Source of the DNA: a virus
Lineage: Duplodnaviria > Heunggongvirae > Uroviricota > Caudoviricetes
Strand: one strand, 5' to 3'
Length of the DNA stretch: 64,000 nt
Virus record (IMG/VR): IMGVR_UViG_2974697560_000001
Shown: positions 1-9,753 of the stretch, piece by piece
Layout: the number at the start of each line of letters is the position of its first letter
How positions within the stretch are numbered: the stretch's first letter is position 1
Translations under genes and position numbers: made by a program
Notes under the pieces: model-generated
Database searches by the model: none
What the model saw: only the letters and a program-made list of their open reading frames with translations
Told to the model about the DNA's origin: nothing

Positions 1-360
1 AGCCTTGGCTCATCTTTCTTCGAGAAGCTTATTACGATGCATGACCTTCTCGACAGCATCACTGAGCACAACTTCAAGGTGACTCGAACCGGTACCTCAA
101 AGGACACCAAGTGGGACCTCCAGCTTCTTAAGGGAGACACCCCACTGGACGACAGTGAGGCTGTAGTTCACGACATCGACAATGAGGCCAACGGCATCAT
201 CCGTCGATACCCTTACGAGGCAACCTCTGAGAAGGCTTCCCAGGAGCAGTATTTCGCTGGTGAAACCTACAAGCAGAAGGATGACACTGCCGATTCTGGC
301 AATGCATCTGGTGGTGCCTCCAAGGCTACTTCCGGCTACAACATGGACGAGTCCTGGTAA
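1..360 (+). CDS. hypothetical protein; reading frame is open from window edge, so probably 5' partial
   Basis: ORF track 37..360; frame 1 has no stop back to nt 1. Confidence 0.4.
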   Translation, partial: SLGSSFFEKLITMHDLLDSITEHNFKVTRTGTSKDTKWDLQLLKGDTPLDDSEAVVHDIDNEANGIIRRYPYEATSEKASQEQYFAGETYKQKDDTADSGNASGGASKATSGYNMDESW

Positions 361-362
361 CA

Positions 363-388
363 AGATTGCCCCTCTTCGGAGGGGCTTC
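363..388 (+). terminator. hairpin GCCCCTC-TTCG-GAGGGGC followed by a T-rich tail
   Basis: stem-loop read directly after the stop at 360. Confidence 0.5.
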
Positions 389-444
389 TTGCGTATATGA
401 GGCCGGTCTGATAGAGTAGACCTACAACAACAAGGAAGGTAGCA

Positions 445-3400
445 ATGACTCAGACTGTCGAACTACACCTTCATGACCATTACTCCTCCATGGACGGAAC
501 CAATACTGCTGCTGAGTATATGGTTCGTGCCAAGGAATTGGGAATGACGCACCTTGCCCAGACGAATCACGGTACCCTTGGTGGTCACCGCGAGTTTCAG
601 CAAGCTGCGAAGGATGCAGGTATTGTTCCAATTCTCGGTGTAGAGGCTTATATCTCACCGACTGACCGTTTTGACAAGCGCTCCAAGGCGTCTCGTTCAG
701 ACGGCACAAACGCATACAACCACCTTATCATTCTGGCTCAGAATGAGACTGGTCTACAGACTCTCAACCGAATCAACCGTGTCGGATGGACTGAGGGCTT
801 TTACTCAAAGCCTCGTATCGACATGGAGGTTCTGGAAAACGACAATGAGGGTCTGATTGTTCTTTCTGGGTGCCTTAACGGACTCATCTGTAAGGCAATC
901 GAGCGAGGTGAGCTTGATGAGGCTATGGCTATTGCCGACCGATTCAAGAGCATTCTTGGCGACCGATTCTTCATTGAGGTTCAGGGTCACAATCCTGTCG
1001 ATATGAATGCGGCATTGTTCCACATTGCTGACGCTAAGGGAATTAAGCCTGTCGTCACAAGTGACTGCCACTACGCTCGTAAGGAAGACCTGTGGATTCA
1101 GGAAGCCATGCTCATCCTGTCCACGAATCCTAAGAAGAACAAGGACGCTGAGTTCTCCAAGTCTCAGAAGATGGAGATGCTGGAGCGGTTTAATTACCTG
1201 TACCCTGACCGCAAGATGACGTTCGAGAAGATTGAGATTTACCTTCACGACGCTGAGGAGCACCGTCAGGCATTTAAGGCGCAGGGGTTTGACCGTGAGG
1301 ACATCATCACCAATACCCATGTCGTCGCTGACATGATTGGTGACTATCCGTTCCACCAGGGTCTTGACCTTCTGCCTCGTCCAAAGGATGGAAATCCTGA
1401 CGACCTGCTTGAGGAAATGTCTCGAAAGGGCCTGGAGGACAAGGGCCTCTCTGGCGATAAGAAGTACGTAGAGCGACTTGAGGAAGAACTTGAAATCATC
1501 AAGTCAAAGGACTTCTCTACCTACTTCCTCATTGTTGAGGACATGATTTCATGGGCTAAGTCTCAGGGAATTATGGTTGGTCCTGGTCGTGGTTCTGGTG
1601 CTGGTTCACTCGTGAACTATGTACTTGGCATCACTGACATTGACCCAATCGCTGAGAACCTGCTGTTCTTCCGATTCATTAACCCTGAGCGAAATGACTT
1701 CCCTGACATTGACACCGACTTCGAGGATGCTCGTCGTGGTGAGGTCAAGGAATACCTTCGCAAGAAGTACAAGAACGTAGCGTCTATTGCCACCTTCACC
1801 TTCTTTGGTGACAAGGCGGTAGTAAAGGATGCTGCTCGTGTATTCTGTGTTCCTGTTGGTGAGGTAAACCGAGCACTCAAGTTCGTTGATAAGTGGGAGC
1901 AGTTCCTTAGCTCTCCAACGACTGAGGAGTTTCGTAAGAAGTATCCAGAAGTCATCACCCTGGCAGAGCGTCTTCGTGGTCGTATCCGTCAGACTGGTAT
2001 GCACGCGGCTGGTGTAGTAATTGCAAATCAGCCTCTGGCCAACTTCGCGCCCATCGAAACCGCAAAGGACCCGAACGACCCCAACGGTCCTCGTATCCCT
2101 CTTGTGGCGATGGACATGGACCAGGCAGCAGACCTTGGACTGGTGAAGCTTGACGCCCTTGGGCTTAAGGCTCTCAGTATCATCAAGGACACCATCAAGA
2201 TGATTGAGGACCGTCACAACAAGAAGATTGTGCTGAATGACATTCCTCTGACTGACAGCCGTGTATATGGAATGCTTTCTGAGGGATACACCAAGGGTGT
2301 GTTCCAGTGTGAGGCGACCGCATACACCAAGCTGATTATCAAGATGGGTGGCGTTCAGAACTTTGATGAGCTTGCTGCGTCTAACGCTCTTGTTCGTCCT
2401 GGTGCAATGAACACCATTGGTGCTGAGTACATCGCTCGTAAGAACGGAAAGTCTCCTGTAAAGTATCACCACTTTGAGATGAAGCCATTCACCTCTGAGA
2501 CCTATGGTGAGATTCTGTACCAGGAGCAGGTCATGCAGACCATGACAGAATTGGCCGGTATGAAGATGGCCACTGCTGACAAGGTTCGTAAGATTATTGG
2601 TAAGAAGAAGGACGCACGTGAATTTGACCAGTACCGAGAGGAATTCCTTGAGGGAGCTTCTAAGAAGGTTCACCCTGCCGTTGCTGAAAAGCTCTGGCAC
2701 GACTTCGAGGCTCACGCTGGATACTCATTCAACAAGTCTCACGCTGTAGCGTATTCTCGCCTCAGCTATTGGACTGCGTGGCTCAAGAAGCATTACCCAC
2801 TTGAGTTCATGTGTGCTACCCTTCGCAATGAGGGAGACAAGGATGCTCTGACCGAGTACCTGATTGAGACGAAGCGCATGGGCATCAAGATGCTTCTGCC
2901 TCACGTCAATGTATCAGGAGTCAACTTCGAAATTGAGGGTGACGCCATTCGGTTCGGCCTGACGAACATCAAGTTCATTCGTGAGCCTGGTGCTTTGCAG
3001 CTCATTGAGTATCGTCCCTTCACTTCTTACTCTGACCTGTACGCCAAGGTCAACGAAAAGGGCAATGGACTGAGCGCTAGGACCCTCACAGGTCTTAATG
3101 CAATCGGTGCGTCTGCCTTCGAGGACCATCCTCGCACAGGGGAGGAGCGAGAGAACTACTACGAGTACCTTCGCATTCCTGCCTTCGAATTGAAGTTCAT
3201 TCCTCCAAAGGTCAGGGCACAAATGACTGACCTGGAAGACTACAAAGACAAGGGAGCGTTCTGCGTCCTTGCAATGGTTCGAGGAATCAAGCGAGGAGAA
3301 GGATGGGCACGTTTGGACTTGATTGATGAGACTGGCACTGCTGGTGTCTTCACGAATCCAGAGACGCCTATTGAGTCTGGCCAGATGTATGCTATCCTGG

Positions 3401-3729
3401 TATCTGACAACAGGGTTGCGAGGTTTGCGACCATGGACGAGCTGATTCACAGGATTCCTAACGGCTTCGTGGACTATCTGTATGCGAGTGAATACGGTGA
3501 CATTCCGGAAGGCATGTACAAGGTGCTTGCTTTCCAGCGGTACGTTACGAAGGCGAAGAAGACAATGGCGTATACGACAGTATGCGATTCTGACAAGAAT
3601 CTGTATCCTGTGATGGCCTTTCCTACCATGTTCCACAAGGCATATGGTAAGTGCAAGGATGGTGCGGTAATCGACGCTATTCTCAAGCAGACTCAGGAAG
3701 GTAGCTGGTTCTACGACAATATCCTGTGA
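445..3729 (+). CDS. dnaE: DNA polymerase III alpha subunit (DnaE-type, PHP N-terminus)
   Basis: 1094 aa; HLHDHYSSMDGT PHP motif, GPGRGSGAGSLVNYVLGITDIDPI, FFRFINPER, PDIDTDF; RBS aaggaagg upstream. Confidence 0.9.
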   Translation: MTQTVELHLHDHYSSMDGTNTAAEYMVRAKELGMTHLAQTNHGTLGGHREFQQAAKDAGIVPILGVEAYISPTDRFDKRSKASRSDGTNAYNHLIILAQNETGLQTLNRINRVGWTEGFYSKPRIDMEVLENDNEGLIVLSGCLNGLICKAIERGELDEAMAIADRFKSILGDRFFIEVQGHNPVDMNAALFHIADAKGIKPVVTSDCHYARKEDLWIQEAMLILSTNPKKNKDAEFSKSQKMEMLERFNYLYPDRKMTFEKIEIYLHDAEEHRQAFKAQGFDREDIITNTHVVADMIGDYPFHQGLDLLPRPKDGNPDDLLEEMSRKGLEDKGLSGDKKYVERLEEELEIIKSKDFSTYFLIVEDMISWAKSQGIMVGPGRGSGAGSLVNYVLGITDIDPIAENLLFFRFINPERNDFPDIDTDFEDARRGEVKEYLRKKYKNVASIATFTFFGDKAVVKDAARVFCVPVGEVNRALKFVDKWEQFLSSPTTEEFRKKYPEVITLAERLRGRIRQTGMHAAGVVIANQPLANFAPIETAKDPNDPNGPRIPLVAMDMDQAADLGLVKLDALGLKALSIIKDTIKMIEDRHNKKIVLNDIPLTDSRVYGMLSEGYTKGVFQCEATAYTKLIIKMGGVQNFDELAASNALVRPGAMNTIGAEYIARKNGKSPVKYHHFEMKPFTSETYGEILYQEQVMQTMTELAGMKMATADKVRKIIGKKKDAREFDQYREEFLEGASKKVHPAVAEKLWHDFEAHAGYSFNKSHAVAYSRLSYWTAWLKKHYPLEFMCATLRNEGDKDALTEYLIETKRMGIKMLLPHVNVSGVNFEIEGDAIRFGLTNIKFIREPGALQLIEYRPFTSYSDLYAKVNEKGNGLSARTLTGLNAIGASAFEDHPRTGEERENYYEYLRIPAFELKFIPPKVRAQMTDLEDYKDKGAFCVLAMVRGIKRGEGWARLDLIDETGTAGVFTNPETPIESGQMYAILVSDNRVARFATMDELIHRIPNGFVDYLYASEYGDIPEGMYKVLAFQRYVTKAKKTMAYTTVCDSDKNLYPVMAFPTMFHKAYGKCKDGAVIDAILKQTQEGSWFYDNIL

Positions 3730-3737
3730 GGAGGATA

Positions 3738-3917
3738 ATGGACGAGGCAATCAGGCCAGAAGACATTCTGCGCCTGTTGCTTATCGCTAACGGCCCTGTC
3801 ACTATCTCTGCTGAGGAGATGGACAGGGCTCTTGGCGATGCAACACACTATCAAGTAGCGGTAAGCTACGAACCATTCAAAGAAGAATTCACAATACACC
3901 TGGAGAACGATGATTAG
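3738..3917 (+). CDS. hypothetical small protein
   Basis: ORF 3726..3917; first ATG at 3738 after gaggagg RBS. Confidence 0.4.
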   Translation: MDEAIRPEDILRLLLIANGPVTISAEEMDRALGDATHYQVAVSYEPFKEEFTIHLENDD

Positions 3918-4284
3918 CGGATTTGAAAACCTGGGCAACGACCTGAGCATTAACGACTATCAGCTAACTGCCAACGAGACTGCGATTTACCCTGAGAATG
4001 GTGAGGCCAGTACAGCAGCTATCAATTACTGCATTCTTGGCCTGGTTGGTGAGGCTGGCGAAATCGCAAACAGCTTCAAGAAGACCATTCGAGACGACAA
4101 TGGCATTGTCACAGGAGAAAAGGCGAAGGCCCTCGCAGCAGAGCTTGGTGACGTTCTCTGGTATGCCGCTAATCTGGCGAGTGAGCTTGGCTATCCGCTT
4201 GAGCTAATTGCGAAGCAGAATCTACAGAAGCTCAAGTCACGTCAGGCACGAGGAGTGATTCAGGGCAGTGGCGACAACCGCTGA
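3910..4284 (+). CDS. mazG: MazG-like nucleoside triphosphate pyrophosphohydrolase
   Basis: 124 aa; LGLVGEAGEIANSFKK and ELGDVLWY MazG-type motifs. Confidence 0.7.
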   Translation: MISGFENLGNDLSINDYQLTANETAIYPENGEASTAAINYCILGLVGEAGEIANSFKKTIRDDNGIVTGEKAKALAAELGDVLWYAANLASELGYPLELIAKQNLQKLKSRQARGVIQGSGDNR

Positions 4285-4303
4285 CGCCTGATATACTGAG
4301 CCT

Positions 4304-4504
4304 ATGGCAACAGAAGCATATTTCCTCCGGGGAGTCGAAGACGAACATCTATTGGTGTTTCGTGGAAACTCTTCGGAGGAAATTTTGTTTATCATTAAGC
4401 GGTTGGCCGCCTGCCGCGACAAAGAAATAAAGGCAATGGCAAGAAAACTTGAAGAGGAATGGAACCAGAGAGAATATGGAAATAGAAGAGGAGATTCTAG
4501 CTAA
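4304..4504 (+). CDS. hypothetical protein
   Basis: ORF track, 66 aa. Confidence 0.35.
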   Translation: MATEAYFLRGVEDEHLLVFRGNSSEEILFIIKRLAACRDKEIKAMARKLEEEWNQREYGNRRGDSS

Positions 4505-5480
4505 GCTAAGCCCAAAGGTATTGGCAAGAGCTAAGATGGCCTCAGAGGTGCAATTGATGAGGCAGCCCACTCCAAGCACAGGGCTGAATTCTGCATTGCG
4601 TGGAGGCATCGGCTATGGACGCCAGACCCTAATCTGGGGTAGCAAGTCAGCAGGAAAATCAACATTCTGTCTAGGGATGCTGGGAATTGCACAGGCGGCC
4701 GGTAAGAAGACGGCCTTTATTGACTCTGAGCAGTCCTTTGACCCCTCTTGGGCAGAGCGTCTAGGAGTAGATACAAGAAAGCTCATCTACACTGACGTAA
4801 AGACAATCGAAGATATGGTAAGCGCAGGAGTCGAGTTCATGAAGGCTGGCATTGATATTGTCACTGTGGACTCCATCTCAGCACTTCTTTCATCAGCCTA
4901 CTTTGAGAAAGATAAGAAGGGTGATGAACTAAAGGAACTATCTGGCACAAAGCAGATTGGTTCAGAGGCAAGAGAGTTGGCTAATGGCGTAAAGATGCTT
5001 AACTACGCCAACAAGAAGACTGCTCTGGTTCTCATTTCCCAGGTACGTAACAAGATTACTACCTATGGAGCTATGCATCAGGCGACCGGTGGTCACGCAG
5101 TGGACTTCTTTAGTTCTACAGTCGTAAAGCTATGGAGTTCTGCTCGTGAGGCAGACCAGATTATGGGTGAGGTCCACAATGGTGACCTTCTGCTAAAGGA
5201 GCCAATTGGTCGTGAAGTAAACTGGACCATTGACAAGAACAAGCTTGGTCCTCCAAACAAGACTGGCAAGTACAATCTCTTCTACGATGGCGACTTCGTA
5301 GGAATCGACAATATTGGTGAAGCAGCCGTTTTGGGTGTTGCGCTTGGCATTGTCGAGAAGAAGGGCGCTTGGCATTACTACGGAGACCTCAAGGTTCAGG
5401 GTGGAGACAATTTCGCCATTGAGCTACGAGCTAATCCTGAATTGGCTGAAAAGCTGGTGAAGGAGGTAGAGGGCGCGTGA
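4476..5480 (+). CDS. RecA-family recombinase/ATPase (phage Sak4/UvsX-like)
   Basis: GSKSAGKST Walker A, AFIDSEQSFDPSWAERLGVD, VDSISALL RecA-like core. Listed start 4449 is TTG; first ATG is 4476. Start uncertain. Confidence 0.65.
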   Translation: MEIEEEILAKLSPKVLARAKMASEVQLMRQPTPSTGLNSALRGGIGYGRQTLIWGSKSAGKSTFCLGMLGIAQAAGKKTAFIDSEQSFDPSWAERLGVDTRKLIYTDVKTIEDMVSAGVEFMKAGIDIVTVDSISALLSSAYFEKDKKGDELKELSGTKQIGSEARELANGVKMLNYANKKTALVLISQVRNKITTYGAMHQATGGHAVDFFSSTVVKLWSSAREADQIMGEVHNGDLLLKEPIGREVNWTIDKNKLGPPNKTGKYNLFYDGDFVGIDNIGEAAVLGVALGIVEKKGAWHYYGDLKVQGGDNFAIELRANPELAEKLVKEVEGA

Positions 5481-5677
5481 TTAATCCATTCGCTGAGCAG
5501 CCGAAGAAGCCTGTCGATGAACTTCCTATGGGAATCGTCATCGACGGCTCTTTCGTCTGTATGACTTGTGGCCACGTTTGTGACGAAGCAGAGTATTTTC
5601 CAGTGGACAAGATTCTTGTATGGATTTGTGTCGAGGAGCACAAGTCTGCCATTGAGAATTTCAATCTAGGAGTATAA
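5477..5677 (+). CDS. hypothetical Cys-containing small protein
   Basis: ORF track, GTG start, CMTCGHVC motif. Confidence 0.4.
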   Translation: MINPFAEQPKKPVDELPMGIVIDGSFVCMTCGHVCDEAEYFPVDKILVWICVEEHKSAIENFNLGV

Positions 5678-5997
5678 TGACTGAGCTAAACGAAATCAAG
5701 AGAGATGGTGCCAAGGCACAGAAGAATTCTGGGCGTGGTCAATTCCAAAAGGGTGACGCCACGCTGGGGCCCTTCTGCTACGACATCAAAGAGTATGCCA
5801 AGTCTTTCAGTGTTTCCCAGGCTGTGTGGGGCAAGATTTGCACAGACGCCTTTCGGTCTGGTAACATGATTCCTGCGCTCAAGCTCGTCCTAGGCGCAGC
5901 AGACAAGAAGACTCGTGTCTGGGTAATTGGGGACGATATGTTCAAGGAAATGCTAGAAGCATGGGAGGAGAAGTATGGCGAAGCTAACGAGGGTTGA
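5677..5997 (+). CDS. hypothetical protein
   Basis: ORF track 106 aa. Confidence 0.45.
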   Translation: MTELNEIKRDGAKAQKNSGRGQFQKGDATLGPFCYDIKEYAKSFSVSQAVWGKICTDAFRSGNMIPALKLVLGAADKKTRVWVIGDDMFKEMLEAWEEKYGEANEG

Positions 5998-6184
5998 GTA
6001 TATTCGTCGTGACAATGGCGGATGGCTGGCGTACAAGAAGTATGACGACGGCAGCGAATATGGAGGCCCGGTAAGTAAGCAGGAGGTCGAAAACATGATT
6101 CTTGAAATGTTTGATGACCTAGGTGGCGTAATGATGCCAACCGACCTTGTGAAGGATGATGATGAGCGACCTGACGCCTCTTGA
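5975..6184 (+). CDS. hypothetical protein
   Basis: ORF track 69 aa; overlaps its neighbours at both ends. Confidence 0.35.
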   Translation: MAKLTRVEYIRRDNGGWLAYKKYDDGSEYGGPVSKQEVENMILEMFDDLGGVMMPTDLVKDDDERPDAS

Positions 6185-6497
6185 GCACATTTCAAAGATT
6201 GGTGAATTTCAGGAGCTTCATGAGTTCATGGAAGACCCGGAACTGGATGAGGCAATGGCTGTCATGGTACAGCTCATGATGAACCCAAACCTCAAGCCGG
6301 AAACCAATCAGCGACTCATTGTCCAGCTACAGGCGTATGCGGCCAAGTTCAGCATGCTTGCCTCTATCTATAGCACAATCAAAAAGGCACCTGCTGGTAG
6401 TCCAAACAATTTCAAAAAGAATATCTACTACACGACGGCTGAGTCAATCGACAAGCTAGTTCAGGCATTGAAGTACACTTTCAAGTTGCCCTACTGA
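6156..6497 (+). CDS. hypothetical protein
   Basis: ORF track 113 aa. Confidence 0.45.
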   Translation: MMMSDLTPLEHISKIGEFQELHEFMEDPELDEAMAVMVQLMMNPNLKPETNQRLIVQLQAYAAKFSMLASIYSTIKKAPAGSPNNFKKNIYYTTAESIDKLVQALKYTFKLPY

Positions 6498-6541
6498 TGT
6501 GTTACAATAGTAATCACTAAGAGAAACGGAAACTAACAACA

Positions 6542-7315
6542 ATGTCTAACGGACTACTTAAGATTGCTCGTCTGGGAAAGAAGGCGGACTTCGATATCAA
6601 GAAGCTGGTATCAGTTCTCGAAGACGCTTATGTAAATTCCCGGCCGAAGGAAAGATATTCCAAGAAGGTCTCATTTAGTCCGTCCTCTCTTGGCTATGGT
6701 GCCGGTACCTGTCCTAGGTACTGGTATCTGGCTTTTGAGGGCGGAACTTTTGTCGATACCTTTGATGGACTGAGTGTCGCCAACATGGCAAACGGAACAG
6801 CCGCACATACTCGCATCGAAAAACTATTCGGTGATGCTGGTGTGCTTGATGAAGCAGAGCGAGAGATTACCTATGCAGACCCTCCAATTCGAGGGTTCGT
6901 GGACGTAATCGTAGATTTCGAAGGACGAAAGATTGTTGGTGAGTTTAAGACGACTCGTCAGGAATCATATATCCATCGTGAAACAAATGGAACAGCAATT
7001 GACTATCATAAGGTTCAGGTTCTCGTGTACATGCGAGTGCTTGGTCTAGACGATGGCTTCGTTCTCTACGAAAACAAGAACACGCAGGAACTATTCCTTG
7101 TCCCCATTACAATGGATGAGGCGAACAGTGAATATACCGACTATCTGTTCGATTGGATGCGTGACACACGAAAGACATGGGAAGACAAGACTCTGCCTAC
7201 CCGACCATTTACCCAAAAGAGTAAGGCGTGCAAGTCCTGCGCGCTATTCAATGTGTGTTGGAACGAATCTCCAGAAGGCGACATTACTAAGGCACCACTG
7301 GAGGTGAAGAAGTAA
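6542..7315 (+). CDS. Cas4/RecB-like PD-(D/E)XK exonuclease with C-terminal Cys cluster
   Basis: SPSSLGYGAGTCPRYWYLAFEG N-terminus, DVIVDFEGRKIVGEFKT core, CKSCALFNVC Fe-S-type cysteines. Confidence 0.8.
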   Translation: MSNGLLKIARLGKKADFDIKKLVSVLEDAYVNSRPKERYSKKVSFSPSSLGYGAGTCPRYWYLAFEGGTFVDTFDGLSVANMANGTAAHTRIEKLFGDAGVLDEAEREITYADPPIRGFVDVIVDFEGRKIVGEFKTTRQESYIHRETNGTAIDYHKVQVLVYMRVLGLDDGFVLYENKNTQELFLVPITMDEANSEYTDYLFDWMRDTRKTWEDKTLPTRPFTQKSKACKSCALFNVCWNESPEGDITKAPLEVKK

Positions 7316-7597
7316 TTGATTTGCGCCTACGGAGAATGCGGTAACATGTTTGAGCCCAAGACTCATAATCAGAAGTTTTGCAGCTCAGCATGTTGCCGTA
7401 AGGCGACCAACGCAAGAATCATGGAGAAGTATTACGCTCGGCGTGCACGTCAAAAGGGAATCCTAAGAACGTGCTCTGAGTGCCCCACTGTGCTCTCCAG
7501 ATATAACAGCTCAGACAAATGCGAGGGCTGTAAAGCGGAGCAGCGCCGAAAGGAACGAGTGGAACTATTGGAGTTGATTGGTAGTGCCTCTGTCTGA
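7316..7597 (+). CDS. hypothetical zinc-ribbon protein
   Basis: 93 aa with several CxxC pairs. Confidence 0.45.
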   Translation: MICAYGECGNMFEPKTHNQKFCSSACCRKATNARIMEKYYARRARQKGILRTCSECPTVLSRYNSSDKCEGCKAEQRRKERVELLELIGSASV

Positions 7598-8153
7598 TAT
7601 ACACAAGACAAAGGCTCGAAGGGTCATGGGAATTGACTGCTCTACCAAATCCATAGCATTCACTATCTTTGACGGAGAAGACTTCTTGAAGTGTGGAGAG
7701 GTCTTCTTCAATGGAGCGACAGTATTCGAAAGAGTGCATGATGCGAACGTAAAGACCCTCGCACTCTTCGAACACTTCTCTCCTGATTTTGTTGCAATTG
7801 AAGCAGCCATTATGGTTCGAAGTACATCAGTCGCTATTAAGATGGCTTATGTGTTTGGTGCCGTGATTGCTGCTCTCTTGAAAAAGGGAGCAACTGTAAT
7901 TGAAGTCCCACCGATTTCATGGCAATCATTCATTGGCAATAAGAATCTGACGAAGGCAGAGAAGGATGCTATAAAGGCAGAATTTCCTGGTAAGTCTGCA
8001 AGTTGGTATCAGAATAAGGGCAGACTGATGAGGAAGCAGCGCACCATTGACTTTGCTAAACGAGAGTTTGGCGTCGAGCTAGAAAGCGATAACGTAGCTG
8101 ATTCACTAGGCATTGCCTGGTGGGCAGTGAAGAATAAGACACGAAGGAGTTAG
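7578..8153 (+). CDS. RuvC-like Holliday junction resolvase
   Basis: MGIDCSTKSIAFTIF catalytic N-terminus; true start may be the ATG at 7626. Confidence 0.65.
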   Translation: MVVPLSDIHKTKARRVMGIDCSTKSIAFTIFDGEDFLKCGEVFFNGATVFERVHDANVKTLALFEHFSPDFVAIEAAIMVRSTSVAIKMAYVFGAVIAALLKKGATVIEVPPISWQSFIGNKNLTKAEKDAIKAEFPGKSASWYQNKGRLMRKQRTIDFAKREFGVELESDNVADSLGIAWWAVKNKTRRS

Positions 8154-8154
8154 C

Positions 8155-8613
8155 ATGATTGTTGCGGGAACAGGTCATAGAGATTTGAGGGACCGTGACT
8201 GGATTGCTGCCCAAACTGAGAAGGCCCTCATTGATATGGGGGCCTCTTTGGTTTATGTAGGCATGGCATCTGGTTTCGACCTCCTATTGGCAAAAACGGC
8301 ATGGGGGCTCAAGATTCCCTTCATTGCTGCAAAGCCATGGAGAGGCCACAAGCCACGTAGAGCAGACGAGTACGACTATCACAGGGCTCTACAACTGGCT
8401 GATGAGGTCATCAACGTATTACCAAATGACGACTACCCTGGAGCATGGGCTTACCAAAAGCGCAATGAGTACATGGTAGACCACGCAGAAGGCGTCCTTG
8501 GAATGCTTGAGGCTGGTAAGACTGGGGGCACGTATAATTGCATTAAGTACGCCTCTGGCAAGATGCCAATCAAGATTATTGACCCTCTGATGAAGGAGGT
8601 GTGGGATGTCTAA
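8155..8613 (+). CDS. SLOG/DUF2493-like Rossmann-fold protein
   Basis: MIVAGTGHRDL N-terminus typical of YspA/DprA-like SLOG domains. Confidence 0.45.
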   Translation: MIVAGTGHRDLRDRDWIAAQTEKALIDMGASLVYVGMASGFDLLLAKTAWGLKIPFIAAKPWRGHKPRRADEYDYHRALQLADEVINVLPNDDYPGAWAYQKRNEYMVDHAEGVLGMLEAGKTGGTYNCIKYASGKMPIKIIDPLMKEVWDV

Positions 8614-8770
8614 GAAGAAAAAGAAAGAGTATTACAAGAGTGAGAAGTGGCTGAGAGCGCGTTACCGACAAAAGACTGCTCTCCAGATTGCCGAAGAGTG
8701 TGGCGTGTCAGAGATGACAATCACTCGTTATCTTGAGACGTTTAACATCACACGTAGACGTAGCCGTTGA
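8606..8770 (+). CDS. small HTH DNA-binding protein
   Basis: 54 aa not in ORF track (<60 aa); ALQIAEECGVSEMTITRYL helix-turn-helix; start overlaps the upstream stop. Confidence 0.4.
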   Translation: MSKKKKKEYYKSEKWLRARYRQKTALQIAEECGVSEMTITRYLETFNITRRRSR

Positions 8771-9408
8771 CCTGTGCTATGCTGACCTCTATGATGAAGA
8801 TTGGCATGATGGGCGCACATGGGACAGGGAAGACTTCCATGGCAGAAGCCATGGTTGAAGGACCATTCAAATTGTTTTCCCTGGTCCCATCAACGGCCCG
8901 ACAGATAAAAGCATATGGCTATCCCATTAACAGAGAAGCCACAGAGCTAAGTCAGATTCTCGTTCCCCTTCTACGAATGATTGATGAGGCAGAGGCTACA
9001 GTCAATCCACACAACAAAATGTACAAGCAAGGGCTCATCTCAGACAGAACGCTGGTTGACTCTCTTGCTTACACGATGTATCAGTGTGCTAACGTATGGG
9101 AGAGTGGAGAATTCATTGAGCATGTCACATATCGTCTGACTCAGATGTATATGAAGACGTACTCTCTTCTCCTTTACTTCCCAATTTACTGGGGGAATGT
9201 GGACGATGGAGTCCGAGACCCTGACGAGAAGTACCGCAGAGAAATCGACAATAACGTAAAGACAGTCCTGGATATGTTGGATGTTCCCTATTTCACGGTT
9301 CCTGATGTGTCTCCTCAAATGCGTGTGAACTGGCTTGTTGACAAGCTTGACATTCAGCGTGAGGAAGATGCCCGGAAGTGGATGGAAATCTTTCAGGGCA
9401 TGATATAA
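8767..9408 (+). CDS. P-loop NTPase/kinase (AAA_28/NadR-kinase-like)
   Basis: MMGAHGTGKTS Walker A at N-terminus, 213 aa. Confidence 0.55.
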   Translation: MTCAMLTSMMKIGMMGAHGTGKTSMAEAMVEGPFKLFSLVPSTARQIKAYGYPINREATELSQILVPLLRMIDEAEATVNPHNKMYKQGLISDRTLVDSLAYTMYQCANVWESGEFIEHVTYRLTQMYMKTYSLLLYFPIYWGNVDDGVRDPDEKYRREIDNNVKTVLDMLDVPYFTVPDVSPQMRVNWLVDKLDIQREEDARKWMEIFQGMI

Positions 9409-9432
9409 TTATCTTGAAAGTGAGGAGATACT

Positions 9433-9753
9433 ATGGGAACACCGACTAGAAGGCGCTCAAGGGAGAGGAATCCTGATGCCTGGTGGCAGGGAGCGTACAG
9501 CGGAATCCCACACATCATCGCTTCATATGAATTCGAAATTGATGGAGACACGGTTCTGCCAAAGGCTCTCATCAAGTTCAAAAATACGCGAGGCTCATTC
9601 AAGTTCCGATGTGTGGCAACCAATACTCAGACTGGCAAAACCTGGATTGACTGCATCAATGCAGATACAGGTGAATGGAAGTCTTTCTATGTGGAAAAGC
9701 TCAAGGGACTCGTAAAGCCAAGGCGTCCACGTAGAAGGAGAAAGGTTGCCTAA
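9433..9753 (+). CDS. hypothetical protein with basic C-terminal tail
   Basis: ORF track; ends KPRRPRRRRKVA. Confidence 0.45.
   Translation: MGTPTRRRSRERNPDAWWQGAYSGIPHIIASYEFEIDGDTVLPKALIKFKNTRGSFKFRCVATNTQTGKTWIDCINADTGEWKSFYVEKLKGLVKPRRPRRRRKVA

Noticed and set aside
1606-2715. 369-aa minus-strand ORF inside dnaE, and other long antisense ORFs (805..1356, 50893..52053, 52411..53595, 53510..54253, 42964..43683, 44488..45075, 45446..46623)
   Set aside because: They are fully embedded antisense to well-supported plus-strand genes with recognisable domains; they are shadow ORFs.
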